A stretch of 64,000 nt of DNA from Candidatus Poribacteria bacterium. Lineage in GTDB: Bacteria > Poribacteria > WGA-4E > JAJDTR01. A model generated the notes under the pieces. The model searched no databases. It worked only from the letters and a program-made list of their open reading frames with translations, and was not told the origin of the DNA. Every line of letters begins with the position of its first letter. The stretch's first letter is position 1. Position numbers and translations under genes: made by a program. The stretch is from NCBI GenBank assembly GCA_965222225.1, contig CBDCTK010000002.1, positions 1,184,001 through 1,248,000 of the forward strand, read 5' to 3'. Positions 33,336 to 43,559 of this stretch are shown here, one piece after another.

Positions 33336-34628
33336 CTAAGAATTTGGAGGATTAATCGGTTCCCCGAGGGTTGCCAAGACATCAAGAAAATTTGGGAAGG
33401 TCTTGCTAACACAGTCCGGATTCTTGATTCGAATCCCCGGCGCTTTCAGGCCAATTAAGGAAAAACTCATTGCCACTCGATGGTCATCGTAGGTATCAAT
33501 CTCGGCCGGCTTGATTTTCGAGGGATAGATTTCGACCCCGTCTTGATGCTCAACTACATTTACGCCGAGTTTCCGCAACGCCGTGACCATCGCATGAATC
33601 CGATCTGTTTCTTGCCAGCGCGTCTGTTCAATATTACGAATAACCACGCGGTCCTCTGCGAACGGGGCGATGGCAGCGAGGGTAAGTGCCGTATCGGAAA
33701 TCGCGTTCATGTCCACATCGATCCCCTTGAGGTTTTTGGGGCCCATGACTTCAATTCCGCTAGAATGTCGATTCACATGGCAACCCATCTTTTCAAGCAC
33801 ATTAACGAATCGAATATCCCCTTGAGTAGAATCCGTCGTCAAATCCTTCACGCGCACACGGCCGCCTGTTAAGGCGGCAGCGGCAAAAAAGTAGGATGCG
33901 CTGGACGCATCCGGTTCAATGGCATACTCGCGAGGCTCATATCGCTGTCCGGCAGGGATATGAAAGTAGCGGTAGTTCTTGTTGATTACCTGCACACCGA
34001 ATGCCTTCATCACCGACATCGTGATATCAATGTACGGTTTCTTCAGCTTATCCACAATTTCAATCTCTAAGCCATTGACCGCATACGGGGCAACTAGCAT
34101 TAACGAAGTCAAGAATTGGCTGCTTTTACTCGCGTTCAATCGTGCACGTCCGCCTTGAAGTCCATTTGCACATACGACTACAGGCAGATAGTCGTTATTG
34201 TATTGCGAGCGAGCGTCCACCCCAATCTGCCTCAGACTATCCAGCAAATCCGAGATTGGGCGGCTGTGGCGCATAGGTACATCGCCATCAATGATGAATT
34301 CGCCTTTCCCGAGTCCAACATAACTGACTAGCGATCTTGTTGTTGTCCCGGAATTTCCGACATAGAGATTCGCGTGATTCACGGGAATTCTGCCACCGTT
34401 GCCAATGACTTCAAACGAGCATCGATCTTCATTAGCGGCAATAGCCACGCCTAGCTGTCTTAGCGCCTCATACATATAGCGGGTGTCATCGCTGAATAAG
34501 GCGCCTGTCAGTCTTGAATGTCCTTTGGCAAGCGAAGCAATAAGTAACGCGCGATTTGTATAGCTCTTGGACCCCGGAACAGTTACAATAGCATCGACTG
34601 GATTCTGAATCGGTTCAATTTTAAGCAT
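33336..34628 (-). CDS. aroA: 3-phosphoshikimate 1-carboxyvinyltransferase (EPSP synthase)
   Basis: PGSKSYTNR, GNSGTT.R, SSQFLTSL, ETDRI, DDHRVAM, KTFP. Confidence 0.96.
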   Translation of the reverse strand: MLKIEPIQNPVDAIVTVPGSKSYTNRALLIASLAKGHSRLTGALFSDDTRYMYEALRQLGVAIAANEDRCSFEVIGNGGRIPVNHANLYVGNSGTTTRSLVSYVGLGKGEFIIDGDVPMRHSRPISDLLDSLRQIGVDARSQYNNDYLPVVVCANGLQGGRARLNASKSSQFLTSLMLVAPYAVNGLEIEIVDKLKKPYIDITMSVMKAFGVQVINKNYRYFHIPAGQRYEPREYAIEPDASSASYFFAAAALTGGRVRVKDLTTDSTQGDIRFVNVLEKMGCHVNRHSSGIEVMGPKNLKGIDVDMNAISDTALTLAAIAPFAEDRVVIRNIEQTRWQETDRIHAMVTALRKLGVNVVEHQDGVEIYPSKIKPAEIDTYDDHRVAMSFSLIGLKAPGIRIKNPDCVSKTFPNFLDVLATLGEPINPPNS

Positions 34629-34865
34629 TGATATTGCGAATCTGGAATGAGATTTGATAACCTAGCTGGCGGCTCTCCTTCGCCGCCGCAGATAGCTTTC
34701 CGCCTCAGCTTGGGAGGAAATTCCAGTTTAGCAGAATCAAATTTGCATGTCAACAGATAGTTTCTTGTCCTCTCATCGGTTTTTAGGCAAAAAAGAGCCC
34801 TATGCACGGTGCATAGGGCTGTAATCGCGGCAATGCTCCAAGAATGATTAAGCTGACAACTCGGT

Positions 34866-35687
34866 TTAGAAGCGCGTACGTAAAATGAGTTGACTTTCAA
34901 CGCCATCAGGTAAGACCGTCGTCTGAAAATCCAAATCTATTGGTTTGAACGACATCAAACGAGAATTCTTCTTCTTGTTATGTTTTTTGGCAACGATACG
35001 GGCTTCAACCGCGCTGATTGCATGATTTAAAATAACCCCGCCCAAGAGAGTTCGCGCCAACTCGAATTTGTCGTTAGCCTCGTATCTTAAACGCAAGGCT
35101 TCTTCACGGCTAGGCGAATCGCTGTCCCCCTTCCGGTCTTCATCCTTAAACGCGCGGCGGTCATCCCAGTACCATGGTCCTGTCCGGCTGAGGGGTTCAC
35201 CGTTATTCTCCGTATAAACATTATGCCAGTTATCAAAGAGCGTAGCGTGTTCAAAATCCTCAATCGGGTCCCACGTTTCAAAGGTGCCGGGGCCGTCAGA
35301 TATGACATGTTCCCTGACCAGATTGCGGTAGTCATCACGTGAGTTTTCGGCATCGCTGTGTGCAATGAAATAACCCACTAAAAGCGCAATGTCGGCGGCA
35401 AGAAATAAATAGCCTCGTTTTGCTCCAACATAAAGTTGACCCGATCCCGGTACAACGAGTGAAGACAGAAACGCGCGATTAGGCGATTTCATCGGTTCCC
35501 TCGGACGTAAACCTTCCAATTGCGCCCCCAATGTCCTCGTGCCAACCACAGATGCCATGAGAAAAGCAGTGAGTTCGGAATTAGGAGTCTCAGCTTCCTT
35601 GCTTGATGCAATACATAAAAAAGCGCATGAGAACAACATGCAACTCATCAATATAGTTGAGGCCCCTCGCCTCATTCCCCAAGTCAT
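34866..35687 (-). CDS. Exported/outer-membrane-associated hypothetical protein
   Basis: KSP..AFL.SLVVPGSGQLY motif, C-terminal aromatic residue; the ORF-track start (35849) lies inside the MITE. Confidence 0.7.
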   Translation of the reverse strand: MTWGMRRGASTILMSCMLFSCAFLCIASSKEAETPNSELTAFLMASVVGTRTLGAQLEGLRPREPMKSPNRAFLSSLVVPGSGQLYVGAKRGYLFLAADIALLVGYFIAHSDAENSRDDYRNLVREHVISDGPGTFETWDPIEDFEHATLFDNWHNVYTENNGEPLSRTGPWYWDDRRAFKDEDRKGDSDSPSREEALRLRYEANDKFELARTLLGGVILNHAISAVEARIVAKKHNKKKNSRLMSFKPIDLDFQTTVLPDGVESQLILRTRF

Positions 35688-35788
35688 TATTGTGCCGTCT
35701 CCATTCGATTCATTCTGTCTCCAAAGAGACCTAAAACTACTGTCTACCGCAGAGGTGATAACTTGCGTTGTACTCTCCTCTCGACTTA

Positions 35789-36111
35789 GAGCCTGTTTGA
35801 ATAATCGGTGGCAAAGCCATTTTTGGTCATTTGTAGAAAGTTTTTTCATGTTTTCATTGTTGGCTGCTACATACCTGTCACTATTCTATCGCACTCACTA
35901 TTCGCTCCCTTGATCCCACGCTGGGGCTTTTAGAGGCTGGTAGGATTTCTATCGCGCTCCCTAGAAGATCTCTATCAGGATTTACTATCGCCTTCGCTAT
36001 TCGCTCAGTTGATCCCTCGCTGTTCACTCGGTTGATCGCAGGGGATCTCTATCGCAGTCATTTTTCATTCCTTTGATCGCACCCTACAAACTGTACTTTT
36101 CAAACAGGCTC
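35789..36111. mobile_element. MITE copy 1, IS5-family-like (IS1031-type ends), 323 bp
   Basis: 13-bp TIR GAGCCTGTTTGAA/TTCAAACAGGCTC; TTA duplicated (35786-35788, 36112-36114); sits at the stop codon of the porV-like gene. Confidence 0.9.
35881..36077 (-). repeat. Cluster of variable-slot units inside MITE 1 (3 full, several partial)
   Basis: Full units 35881-35914, 35979-36013, 36044-36077; partial 35944-35962, 36015-36036. Confidence 0.85.
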
Positions 36112-37200
36112 TTAGAACCGAAGCATTAACTCAAAAACATTTAACCGTTTTCCTTCGGGACCCCGCGGCACTTCTACAGCGTAGTCAAATTGGTAGTCAA
36201 GCAATCTCACACCTAGACCATACGTTAGATGGTCCGAAAAATTCAGCAAGTCTATCCCCGGTTCCGTTTTGTAACCAACGCGCAATGCAAGGAGATTACC
36301 AAGCCAATACTCGGCGCCGATACTTTTCCGTAGATGCCTCCATTCAAGGGCGCGAATGCCAACACCCCGATTCGAAAGCACATCACTACGCGTTTCGTCA
36401 GGAAAGTCAGCCAAGCGTCTTTCTATCTCCTCTTCATCCTCTGTCAATTTATGGATAGATGCCGTCAAATCTCCAATGAGGTTGACCCGATGATTCGTTT
36501 CTTCGTAGAGTACCACTGCCGTCCCCATCTTGAATTTGCGAGGAAGAGGGTCGCTCTGATTCTCATCTATGAAGTGCAGACGCGTGCCCCAGTTCTGGAG
36601 GGCAGCGCCAATCTTGACTGGCACAAATGCATTCAACAAATCGTACTGCAATCCGAAATCAACGGCGTAAGCGCCCCCGCTCTCCCGTCCTAACTTCTGT
36701 CTGATAATCTTGCCATTCATGCCAGCAGAAAGCCGATCTGTCACTTGGTCTGCGTATGAAAACGTCAATACCCAATTCGTCCCGAGGTTTTCCTCTCTAA
36801 TCGGATTGGGAGAATCTGTTGTCACCAAGATGGTTCCTTGTCCTTCAAGCTGAAGCGTCGCTCCAAGGATGCCGACATCGCTAATCGGCATAGCTCCGGC
36901 AAAAAATGCATAGTACAATCCTTCGCCAGCTTCGCCGAAAATGTCCCCTTGGTTTTTGTACGAAATAGCCACCTGTTTCTCTTGAATAATTCCCAATCCA
37001 CTGGGATTCCATAAAGCGCTAGTCACATCGCCATCAACAGCAGTGAAGGCATCGCCCAATGCTGTCGCACGCGTCCCGCCGCCGAGATCGAGAATTTGAG
37101 AGCCTTGGGTGCCCGGTCCCGCCAATCCTGATGGTGGAGGCGAGATTATCGCCACAACCAAGACTATGTTAATTGCCAATATTAGGTTTACTCGCTGCAT
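36112..37200 (-). CDS. PorV/PorQ-family outer-membrane beta-barrel
   Basis: Signal peptide, GTRATALGDAFTAV..D...LWNPSGL, SDPLP, GAEYW..LALRVGY, terminal F. Confidence 0.85.
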   Translation of the reverse strand: MQRVNLILAINIVLVVAIISPPPSGLAGPGTQGSQILDLGGGTRATALGDAFTAVDGDVTSALWNPSGLGIIQEKQVAISYKNQGDIFGEAGEGLYYAFFAGAMPISDVGILGATLQLEGQGTILVTTDSPNPIREENLGTNWVLTFSYADQVTDRLSAGMNGKIIRQKLGRESGGAYAVDFGLQYDLLNAFVPVKIGAALQNWGTRLHFIDENQSDPLPRKFKMGTAVVLYEETNHRVNLIGDLTASIHKLTEDEEEIERRLADFPDETRSDVLSNRGVGIRALEWRHLRKSIGAEYWLGNLLALRVGYKTEPGIDLLNFSDHLTYGLGVRLLDYQFDYAVEVPRGPEGKRLNVFELMLRF

Positions 37201-37579
37201 TCATTAATCTCCTAGCACAAGCTCGTTGAAGTGAACCGTTTCCGCTACTTGCTAGAAAAAACGGGTAGAGTGCTGAACGGGTTTACAAACCGATGAGGTC
37301 GCGCTATACTACAGAGGTTGATTTCAACTGATTTTCGCGCCGCCGTCAATCTATTATGGAATACAATCGTATTGCACTTCAAAACGCTTAATGGATTGGA
37401 TTTTGAAATGATAGCCTACTACGGGAATAACTACAATGGAAAAGGATATTGTTTGAATGCACCTTAACATAAAGACTCGTTTCCCGCGTATTGAGCCAAC
37501 CCCGCAAGAGACCATCTAATTCATGCAAATTTAGAAAATAAGTTTCGCATTTTGAGCGAGGCGTGGAAAGGATAAAACT

Positions 37580-37624
37580 GGAAGATTGGAAGGGAATCTT
37601 CCAGCCTTCCAATCCTATTCTTCC
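37580..37624. repeat. GGAAGATTGG/CTTCCAATCC inverted intergenic repeat (second copy 63285-63376)
   Basis: Both share GGAAGATTGGA and the 19-mer CTTCCAATCCTATTCTTCC. Confidence 0.6.
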
Positions 37625-37682
37625 AAGTCGCGTCACAAGATGAACTTTAATACTGAAACCTGCTTATAGACAACCAAAAGAC

Positions 37683-39791
37683 ATGAAAAAGAATATAGCG
37701 GCGGGGGTTTTCCTAACTCTCTGGATGTGTAGCGTATGCCATCCCGCGGCGCCAATCCTCAGAGAGATTGAAGCCGTTCCGACCGATTCCCCGCCGAAGA
37801 TTGATGGCGCGCTCAATGACATCTGCTGGCAAAAAGCGGCTCAGTCGGGAAGTTTCGTCCAATACGATCCGCTATCGGGCGAGCCAGCGACTCAGCCAAC
37901 CAAAGTCTACCTTGCCTATGATCGGAATCGACTTTATGTCGGTTTTGAATGCTTCAAAGATGATATGAACAGACTCGCCGCAAATTCGACACGCCGGGAT
38001 GCTCGGTTCTTTTCCGATGATTATGTCGAGGTTTTCCTAGATACATACCTAGACAAACGAAACTGCTATGCCTTCGCATTGAATCCACTCGGGACACAAA
38101 GAGATCGTCGTATCACCAATGAAGGCTCAAACGTGAGACGCAGCGGATCCGGCTCGGGTTCTGCATTACCCTGGGACTGTGATTGGGATGGTCGCGCCGC
38201 AATCTATAAGAACAGGTGGACCGCCGAATTTTCTATCCCCTTTGCCGAACTCCGTTTTCCGAAATCTCAGAATCCTTCTGTAGCCTGGGGTGTCAATTTT
38301 TGGCGGCACGATGAATCACGTGAAGAAGATCAATCTTGGGTAAACCTTGGAAGCCGCCGATACGCCGTTTCGCGTTATGGTCACTTGACGAATCTGCCCG
38401 TGAATACGCTTGCGACCAAACGACTGTTGGAGATAAAGCCGTATGGCGTTGCCAAACCGCAACAACTAAACGCCCAAAGCCCGGAAATGAAAGCCGATAT
38501 GGGTCTCGATTTGCGTTACCCGTTCTCGAACATGTCGGTAGATTTCACGATAAACCCCGACTTCGCGCAAATTGAGGCAGATCCGGATCGGATCAATCTG
38601 ACGGATATTCCGTTACGTTTCCCGGAAAAGCGTCCCTTCTTTCTGGAAGGAAATGAAATTTTTCAGATGCCGGTCGAATTGTTCTATAGCCGGCGTGTAG
38701 GAGATTTGTCAGGCGGTGCGAAGATGGCTGGCAAGGTTGGTGGATACAATCTTGCTGCCCTTAGTGCGCAGGCAGGCCCAGAGTATCCGGATGAAGAGAT
38801 TGAAGAAGGGCACCTACCCTTAGACGAATATAACTACTCCGTCTTCCGTCTCCAGCGAGAGTTGGGAAGGACATCGTCAGTCGGGTTCTTGGGAGTCAAC
38901 AAGCAGCGCGGGGGTTTGTACGATAGGGCATCCGGAGCGGATGCTCGATTTACACTGCCGGGCAACATAGATCTTAATCTCGAATATGCGAGAGAATGGA
39001 AATCCGGCGTCAAGAGCGACGATCTGGTTTTTGCCCAACTTACTCGCCAAACCAATCGCTTCTCATTTGATGTGCGTTATACCGACATCGGCGAACACTT
39101 TGATTTGGAGACCGGCTTTATTCCACGCATCGATCGCCGTGGGATTTTCCTTTCCACGCAGTACACCAAGCACTACGAGGGATTAATAAAACGCTTTCGC
39201 GGCCGTGTCAGATATGAACTCCTGGAAAATCATGCCGGACAACGCACCAACGAAAACCGGGACGTTAATGGATCAATCAGAATCCAAGATTTTTCCCTTT
39301 GGCTTGCGCCCCAATGGTATTTTCACGTGACTGAAGACGATATCGCCTATACAGATAAGCTCCTCAGGTTCTACCTTGGCTGGTCACCACCAAAATGGGT
39401 GTCAATTCGGAACTTCGGGTCAGTGGGAGTTCGAGATGATAAGGATAGTTTTTTCATTAGACCCGAGATTACCCTGCGTCCGACCTCGAAGCTCAATTTT
39501 GAAATCACCCTACAACGTCTGATTGAAGATCGCGAACTTGTAGAATGGACTCGGCGGATCACAGTCAACTACCAATTCGCACAGCGCATGTACGCAAGGA
39601 CTAGTGCGGAAGTTACCATAGAAATGGAACGACGTGTATTCGTCCTATTTGCCTACGAATATCGACCCGAAAGCACCTTTTTTGTTGTCTATAACGACAA
39701 CCGAGACGAAGAGGCGATACTGAGCGTATTTTATTTGTCAAAATCTCACATCTGTTTAAGTTGGGGATGTGGTAAGGCCTATTTTGATTAG
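37683..39791 (+). CDS. CBM9-like/DUF5916 exported protein; probable 1-nt frameshift near the C-terminus
   Basis: PKIDG.L.D..W, W.AEF.IPF.ELRF, NPDFAQIEAD, EKRPFFLEG; adding one G near 39713 gives ...GDTERILFVKISHLFKLGMW*. Confidence 0.85.
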   Translation: MKKNIAAGVFLTLWMCSVCHPAAPILREIEAVPTDSPPKIDGALNDICWQKAAQSGSFVQYDPLSGEPATQPTKVYLAYDRNRLYVGFECFKDDMNRLAANSTRRDARFFSDDYVEVFLDTYLDKRNCYAFALNPLGTQRDRRITNEGSNVRRSGSGSGSALPWDCDWDGRAAIYKNRWTAEFSIPFAELRFPKSQNPSVAWGVNFWRHDESREEDQSWVNLGSRRYAVSRYGHLTNLPVNTLATKRLLEIKPYGVAKPQQLNAQSPEMKADMGLDLRYPFSNMSVDFTINPDFAQIEADPDRINLTDIPLRFPEKRPFFLEGNEIFQMPVELFYSRRVGDLSGGAKMAGKVGGYNLAALSAQAGPEYPDEEIEEGHLPLDEYNYSVFRLQRELGRTSSVGFLGVNKQRGGLYDRASGADARFTLPGNIDLNLEYAREWKSGVKSDDLVFAQLTRQTNRFSFDVRYTDIGEHFDLETGFIPRIDRRGIFLSTQYTKHYEGLIKRFRGRVRYELLENHAGQRTNENRDVNGSIRIQDFSLWLAPQWYFHVTEDDIAYTDKLLRFYLGWSPPKWVSIRNFGSVGVRDDKDSFFIRPEITLRPTSKLNFEITLQRLIEDRELVEWTRRITVNYQFAQRMYARTSAEVTIEMERRVFVLFAYEYRPESTFFVVYNDNRDEEAILSVFYLSKSHICLSWGCGKAYFD

Positions 39792-40009
39792 CGGAGTGAT
39801 TTGGAAACTTTATCGTGCCTGAATCAATCGACCCGGCAGATCGGGATTCGCTTGTCGGCTTCTTTGACATTGACACGCCTCCTCCCCGTTGGTTAGAATT
39901 CCCCGATTGATAAGATTCATGGCATCAAATCGTTGAACGAGAACGTCCTAGTTCTATGCCCTAGGCATGGGGCTTTTCAGCGCCCATCTTAATTCGTGCG
40001 GACGGATTT

Positions 40010-41551
40010 ATGAAACATTATCGAAATAATATTCTCGCAGTTGTTTCCGGGATTTTGCTAGTCTTGAGTCACCCCAGTTTTAACCTGTTCCCGCTCGCAT
40101 GGGTAGGATTGGTGCCGCTGTTAATAGCCATAAAGTCTGTCTCAAACGCGAAATCTGCCTTCCGGATAGGATATATTTCGGGATTGACGTTCTTCGCGGG
40201 GCTCCTCTACTGGATTGTCCTGCTCTATCCGTTTGCACACATCTTTGTAACCGTGCTGGGCTATGTCGCTCTCGTCGCTTACGCCGCCCTTTACTTTGCC
40301 GTCTTTGCCCTAGTTGTGCACCAATTGCCGCGTAAATCCGGGATATCCTTCATTTTTCCGACAGCACTGTTTTGGACGGGGTTGGAGTGGATTAGGAGTT
40401 GGCTACTGACAGGCTTCCCATGGGGCAGTATGGGATACTCGCAGTGGAACAATCATGCCGGAATTCAAATTGCCTCGATTACCGGAGTTTACGGCGTCAG
40501 CTTTGTTGTCGTGCTCTTCAACGCGGCAATCGCATATCTAATCATCTCGTCTTCCAACTGGCGAAGAGCAACCAAGAGTGTTGCATTTCCAATCGCCATT
40601 GTGGCACTCACGTTCGTTTACGGTGCATTTTGTTTGTCCGATTCCGGAAACTCGGTAGCGCACGTTAAACTCGCGCTTGTTCCCGGCAATGTCTCGCAAG
40701 CCGAGAAGTGGAAATCGGAACACGCCCCGAAGATTTTCAGGCGATATATCAGTTTAACCGAACAGACGAATGCCGCTAACCCGGATATAATTGTCTGGCC
40801 CGAAACTGCGATTCACCCCCAAATACTATCCGGGCAGGCGGAATCCTACAGGCAGCGTTTATTCGAGATGCTGCGAGAGCATCAAACCTATCTGCTCGCC
40901 GGTGCCGCCGTGCGAGAGGCTGATAAGAAGTTCTATAATAGCGTTTTTCTTCTCTCCCCGGCGGGTGAGAAGCTTGGCAGCTATTCCAAGATGCACCTCG
41001 TGCCCTTCGGGGAATACGTGCCGTTCTCCAGCGCTCTCCCAAACTTCATCCAATTTGAGACCTTCGCACCCGGGAAGTCAATTAACCTACTACCGCTCGC
41101 CAGCATAAAGGATGCCAAAGTCGGTATTGCGATCTGTTTCGAGTCCGTGTTCCCCAATCTCTTTCGCAAGTTCGTAGCGAAAGGCGCGGACATCATGGGA
41201 ATCTTGACCAACGATGCTTGGTTTGTAGGCACAACGGCGCCTGCCCAACACCTATCCGCCGCGCCGTTCCGTGCCGTCGAAAACCGCATCTCCGTTTTCC
41301 GCTGCGCCAACGGAGGAATCTCCTGCATAATAGATCCGTTCGGGAGGATAGTGAGCCAGACTATCACCCCGACCCAACCTGATGGCGTTCTGGTAGAAGA
41401 CGTCCCTTTGAAAAATCATCAGAACACGAAACAAACGCTATACACCCGCTACGGCGATTGGTTTCCAATCCTATGTCTGCTGGCAAGCCTCGTACTAATT
41501 GGTCATAGGAACCGAACGCGGATCCACTCCAAACTCAGGCGGTACACCTGA
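40010..41551 (+). CDS. lnt: Apolipoprotein N-acyltransferase
   Basis: GFPWG..GYSQ, VWPETA, KMHLVPFGEYVP, ICFES, TNDAWF, RAVEN, TLYTRYGDW. Confidence 0.96.
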   Translation: MKHYRNNILAVVSGILLVLSHPSFNLFPLAWVGLVPLLIAIKSVSNAKSAFRIGYISGLTFFAGLLYWIVLLYPFAHIFVTVLGYVALVAYAALYFAVFALVVHQLPRKSGISFIFPTALFWTGLEWIRSWLLTGFPWGSMGYSQWNNHAGIQIASITGVYGVSFVVVLFNAAIAYLIISSSNWRRATKSVAFPIAIVALTFVYGAFCLSDSGNSVAHVKLALVPGNVSQAEKWKSEHAPKIFRRYISLTEQTNAANPDIIVWPETAIHPQILSGQAESYRQRLFEMLREHQTYLLAGAAVREADKKFYNSVFLLSPAGEKLGSYSKMHLVPFGEYVPFSSALPNFIQFETFAPGKSINLLPLASIKDAKVGIAICFESVFPNLFRKFVAKGADIMGILTNDAWFVGTTAPAQHLSAAPFRAVENRISVFRCANGGISCIIDPFGRIVSQTITPTQPDGVLVEDVPLKNHQNTKQTLYTRYGDWFPILCLLASLVLIGHRNRTRIHSKLRRYT

Positions 41552-41713
41552 AGCATCACTGGATTCCCCGCACACATGTAAGAGCCCTCGCCTGATGGCG
41601 CACTTCATTTTGCTCTTTTATTTGCACATCAACACTTTTTTGCGTTACAATTCCCATGATGTTTCACAAGACAGTACTCTTCAATTCCGAATAACAAAAG
41701 GACGTTTCTCGCC

Positions 41714-42016
41714 ATGTTTATCCAAACCCCAGACGGTACGCTTGTGAACCTAAATCAAGTAGGCGGAATCAAAATTATCAAAGAGGAAGCAGCTCGTACT
41801 TATCCTACCAGATTTGGACACAGCCTCTATGCTATCCTTCCAGCCGGTATGGGTATAGTTGCACCTGAACCCCTTGAACAACACCATATACTTTTGGTAA
41901 GCGGACGGGATTACGACCAATGCATTTACGTCCTTAACGACATAAAAAAACATCTTGAATCGAAAGATTCGTTTATGGTGTTAAAGTGTCCTGATCCACA
42001 ACAATCGACACCTTAA
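41714..42016 (+). CDS. Hypothetical protein
   Basis: 100-aa ORF preceded by a TTGCAC..TACAAT promoter-like sequence and AAGGA. Confidence 0.6.
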   Translation: MFIQTPDGTLVNLNQVGGIKIIKEEAARTYPTRFGHSLYAILPAGMGIVAPEPLEQHHILLVSGRDYDQCIYVLNDIKKHLESKDSFMVLKCPDPQQSTP

Positions 42017-42106
42017 AACAGGGCACGGATAACATTTCTGCAATAATCCTTTTCGGAAGCACAAGGAATTTATGTAACTCCAATCGAAATGAAAGGACAT
42101 CGGACA

Positions 42107-42517
42107 ATGAAAGAAACTTTGGAGTTGTTCCTAACACCGGGAGTATTGGCCCTCGGAATAGCGATGCTGGCAATCATGTTCCGCATGACTCACAAACGAA
42201 TTGATGATTTGCGCTCCCAGATGGTGTCCGACCATAACCATCTTTCCGAAAAACTGGAAGTTATCGATCACAGGTTGTCTGAAAAGATTGACGCTGTCGA
42301 TAAGAGGCTGTTTGAAAAGATTGACGCCGTTGATAAGAGGCTGTCTGACAAGATTGACGCTGCTGATAAGAGGCTGTCAGGAATGATTAATACCCTTGAC
42401 CAGCAAATACACGGTATGAATCAAAGAATTGACACATTCAACAATCAGTTTGCCGCACATTTGGAATCGCACCGTTTTACCAACACACATAATCGCGCTA
42501 ACGGCGTTCGTCAATGA
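42107..42517 (+). CDS. Membrane-anchored coiled-coil protein with 11-aa tandem repeats
   Basis: N-terminal TM; about 4.5 copies of LSEKIDAVDKR (33-bp period, 42242-42390). Confidence 0.8.
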   Translation: MKETLELFLTPGVLALGIAMLAIMFRMTHKRIDDLRSQMVSDHNHLSEKLEVIDHRLSEKIDAVDKRLFEKIDAVDKRLSDKIDAADKRLSGMINTLDQQIHGMNQRIDTFNNQFAAHLESHRFTNTHNRANGVRQ

Positions 42518-42639
42518 ACGCAGCACGATAGACGAGATTCCATAAGCAGAAAAATTTTACTAACTACTTCCCAGAGAAGAACCGTTCCACCGCGCCCCGT
42601 TCCGCCAGTTCTGCTTTCGTATAATGAGCCGGCATAGCG

Positions 42640-42986
42640 GGCACCTTCCCAACACCTATCCGCCGCGCCCTTCCGTGCCGTCGAAAACCGTATCTCCGTT
42701 TTCCGCTGTGCGAACTGAGGCATCTCCTGCATAATCGATCCGTTCGGGAGGATAGTAAGCCAGACTATCACCCCGACCCAACCTGATGGCGTTCTGGTAG
42801 AAGACGTACCGTTGAAAAATCATCATAGCGCGAAACAAACGCTATACACCCGCTACGGCGATTGGTTTCCAATCCTATGTCTGCTGGCAGGCCTCGTACT
42901 AATTGGTCATAGAGGAACCGAACGTGGATCCACTCCAAACTCAGGCGGTACACCTGAAGCATCACTGGATTCCCCACACACATGTA
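42640..42986 (+). pseudogene. Duplicated, inactivated 3' end of lnt
   Basis: Direct repeat of 41236-41580 with GGA>TGA and a 2-nt insertion. Confidence 0.9.
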
Positions 42987-43142
42987 GGAGCGATCTCCTG
43001 ATCGTGGACAAGTCAATTCGAGACCTGAAACTCTCCGATTTTACCTTCTCTTTTAGTTATTGAACCGGTCTCTAATCGTCCACTTGCAAGCGACGCCCTG
43101 CACCGTCTTTTTACAGAACACTTCCTTCAATACCAAGACGGA

Positions 43143-43176
43143 ATCAAGCGAACAGGCAGTGAATGCGATAGTGACT
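43143..43176 (+). repeat. 34-bp variable-slot unit
   Basis: ATCAA GC GA AC AGGC A GT GA AT GCGATAG TG ACT. Confidence 0.75.
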
Positions 43177-43559
43177 CCCGTGCGAGATTGTCAGTCTCTC
43201 ATCAACGATTAGTCTTGTCCTAATATTGACGAATTTGGGGAATCAAACATGTGTTCTGCGCTTTAGAAGGTATTACACAAACGTATCTCAATTCCCTCTC
43301 GTGTCAGGCGCAAGATACGGATGCGATTGCCGCATCCGGTACCCGAGAAAAAGTTGCGAAAACGGGGCGGCAATGTTAACATTCTATCAATGATTAACGT
43401 TTCAGAGTTTTCAGAGTAGGCGTGAGAAATATAGCTAGACAGAAAACGGCGAAAGTCCATGCCAGGACTGATGTCTCGGCGGTTTCACAAGACGGGTACT
43501 CGGAATGATACTCTGAAACGGGGGCGATTTTTAATGCTGGTTCTGGCGTAATACGGAGG

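Noticed and set aside
35688-35849. N-terminal extension of ORF 34866-35849
   Set aside because: The upstream ATG lies inside the MITE; the frame is open by chance through the TIR.
35881-36077. CRISPR array or integron attC interpretation of the 34-bp units
   Set aside because: No unique spacers of regular length, variation lies inside the unit, no cas or integrase genes in the window, and no RYYYAAC/GTTRRRY palindromic ends.
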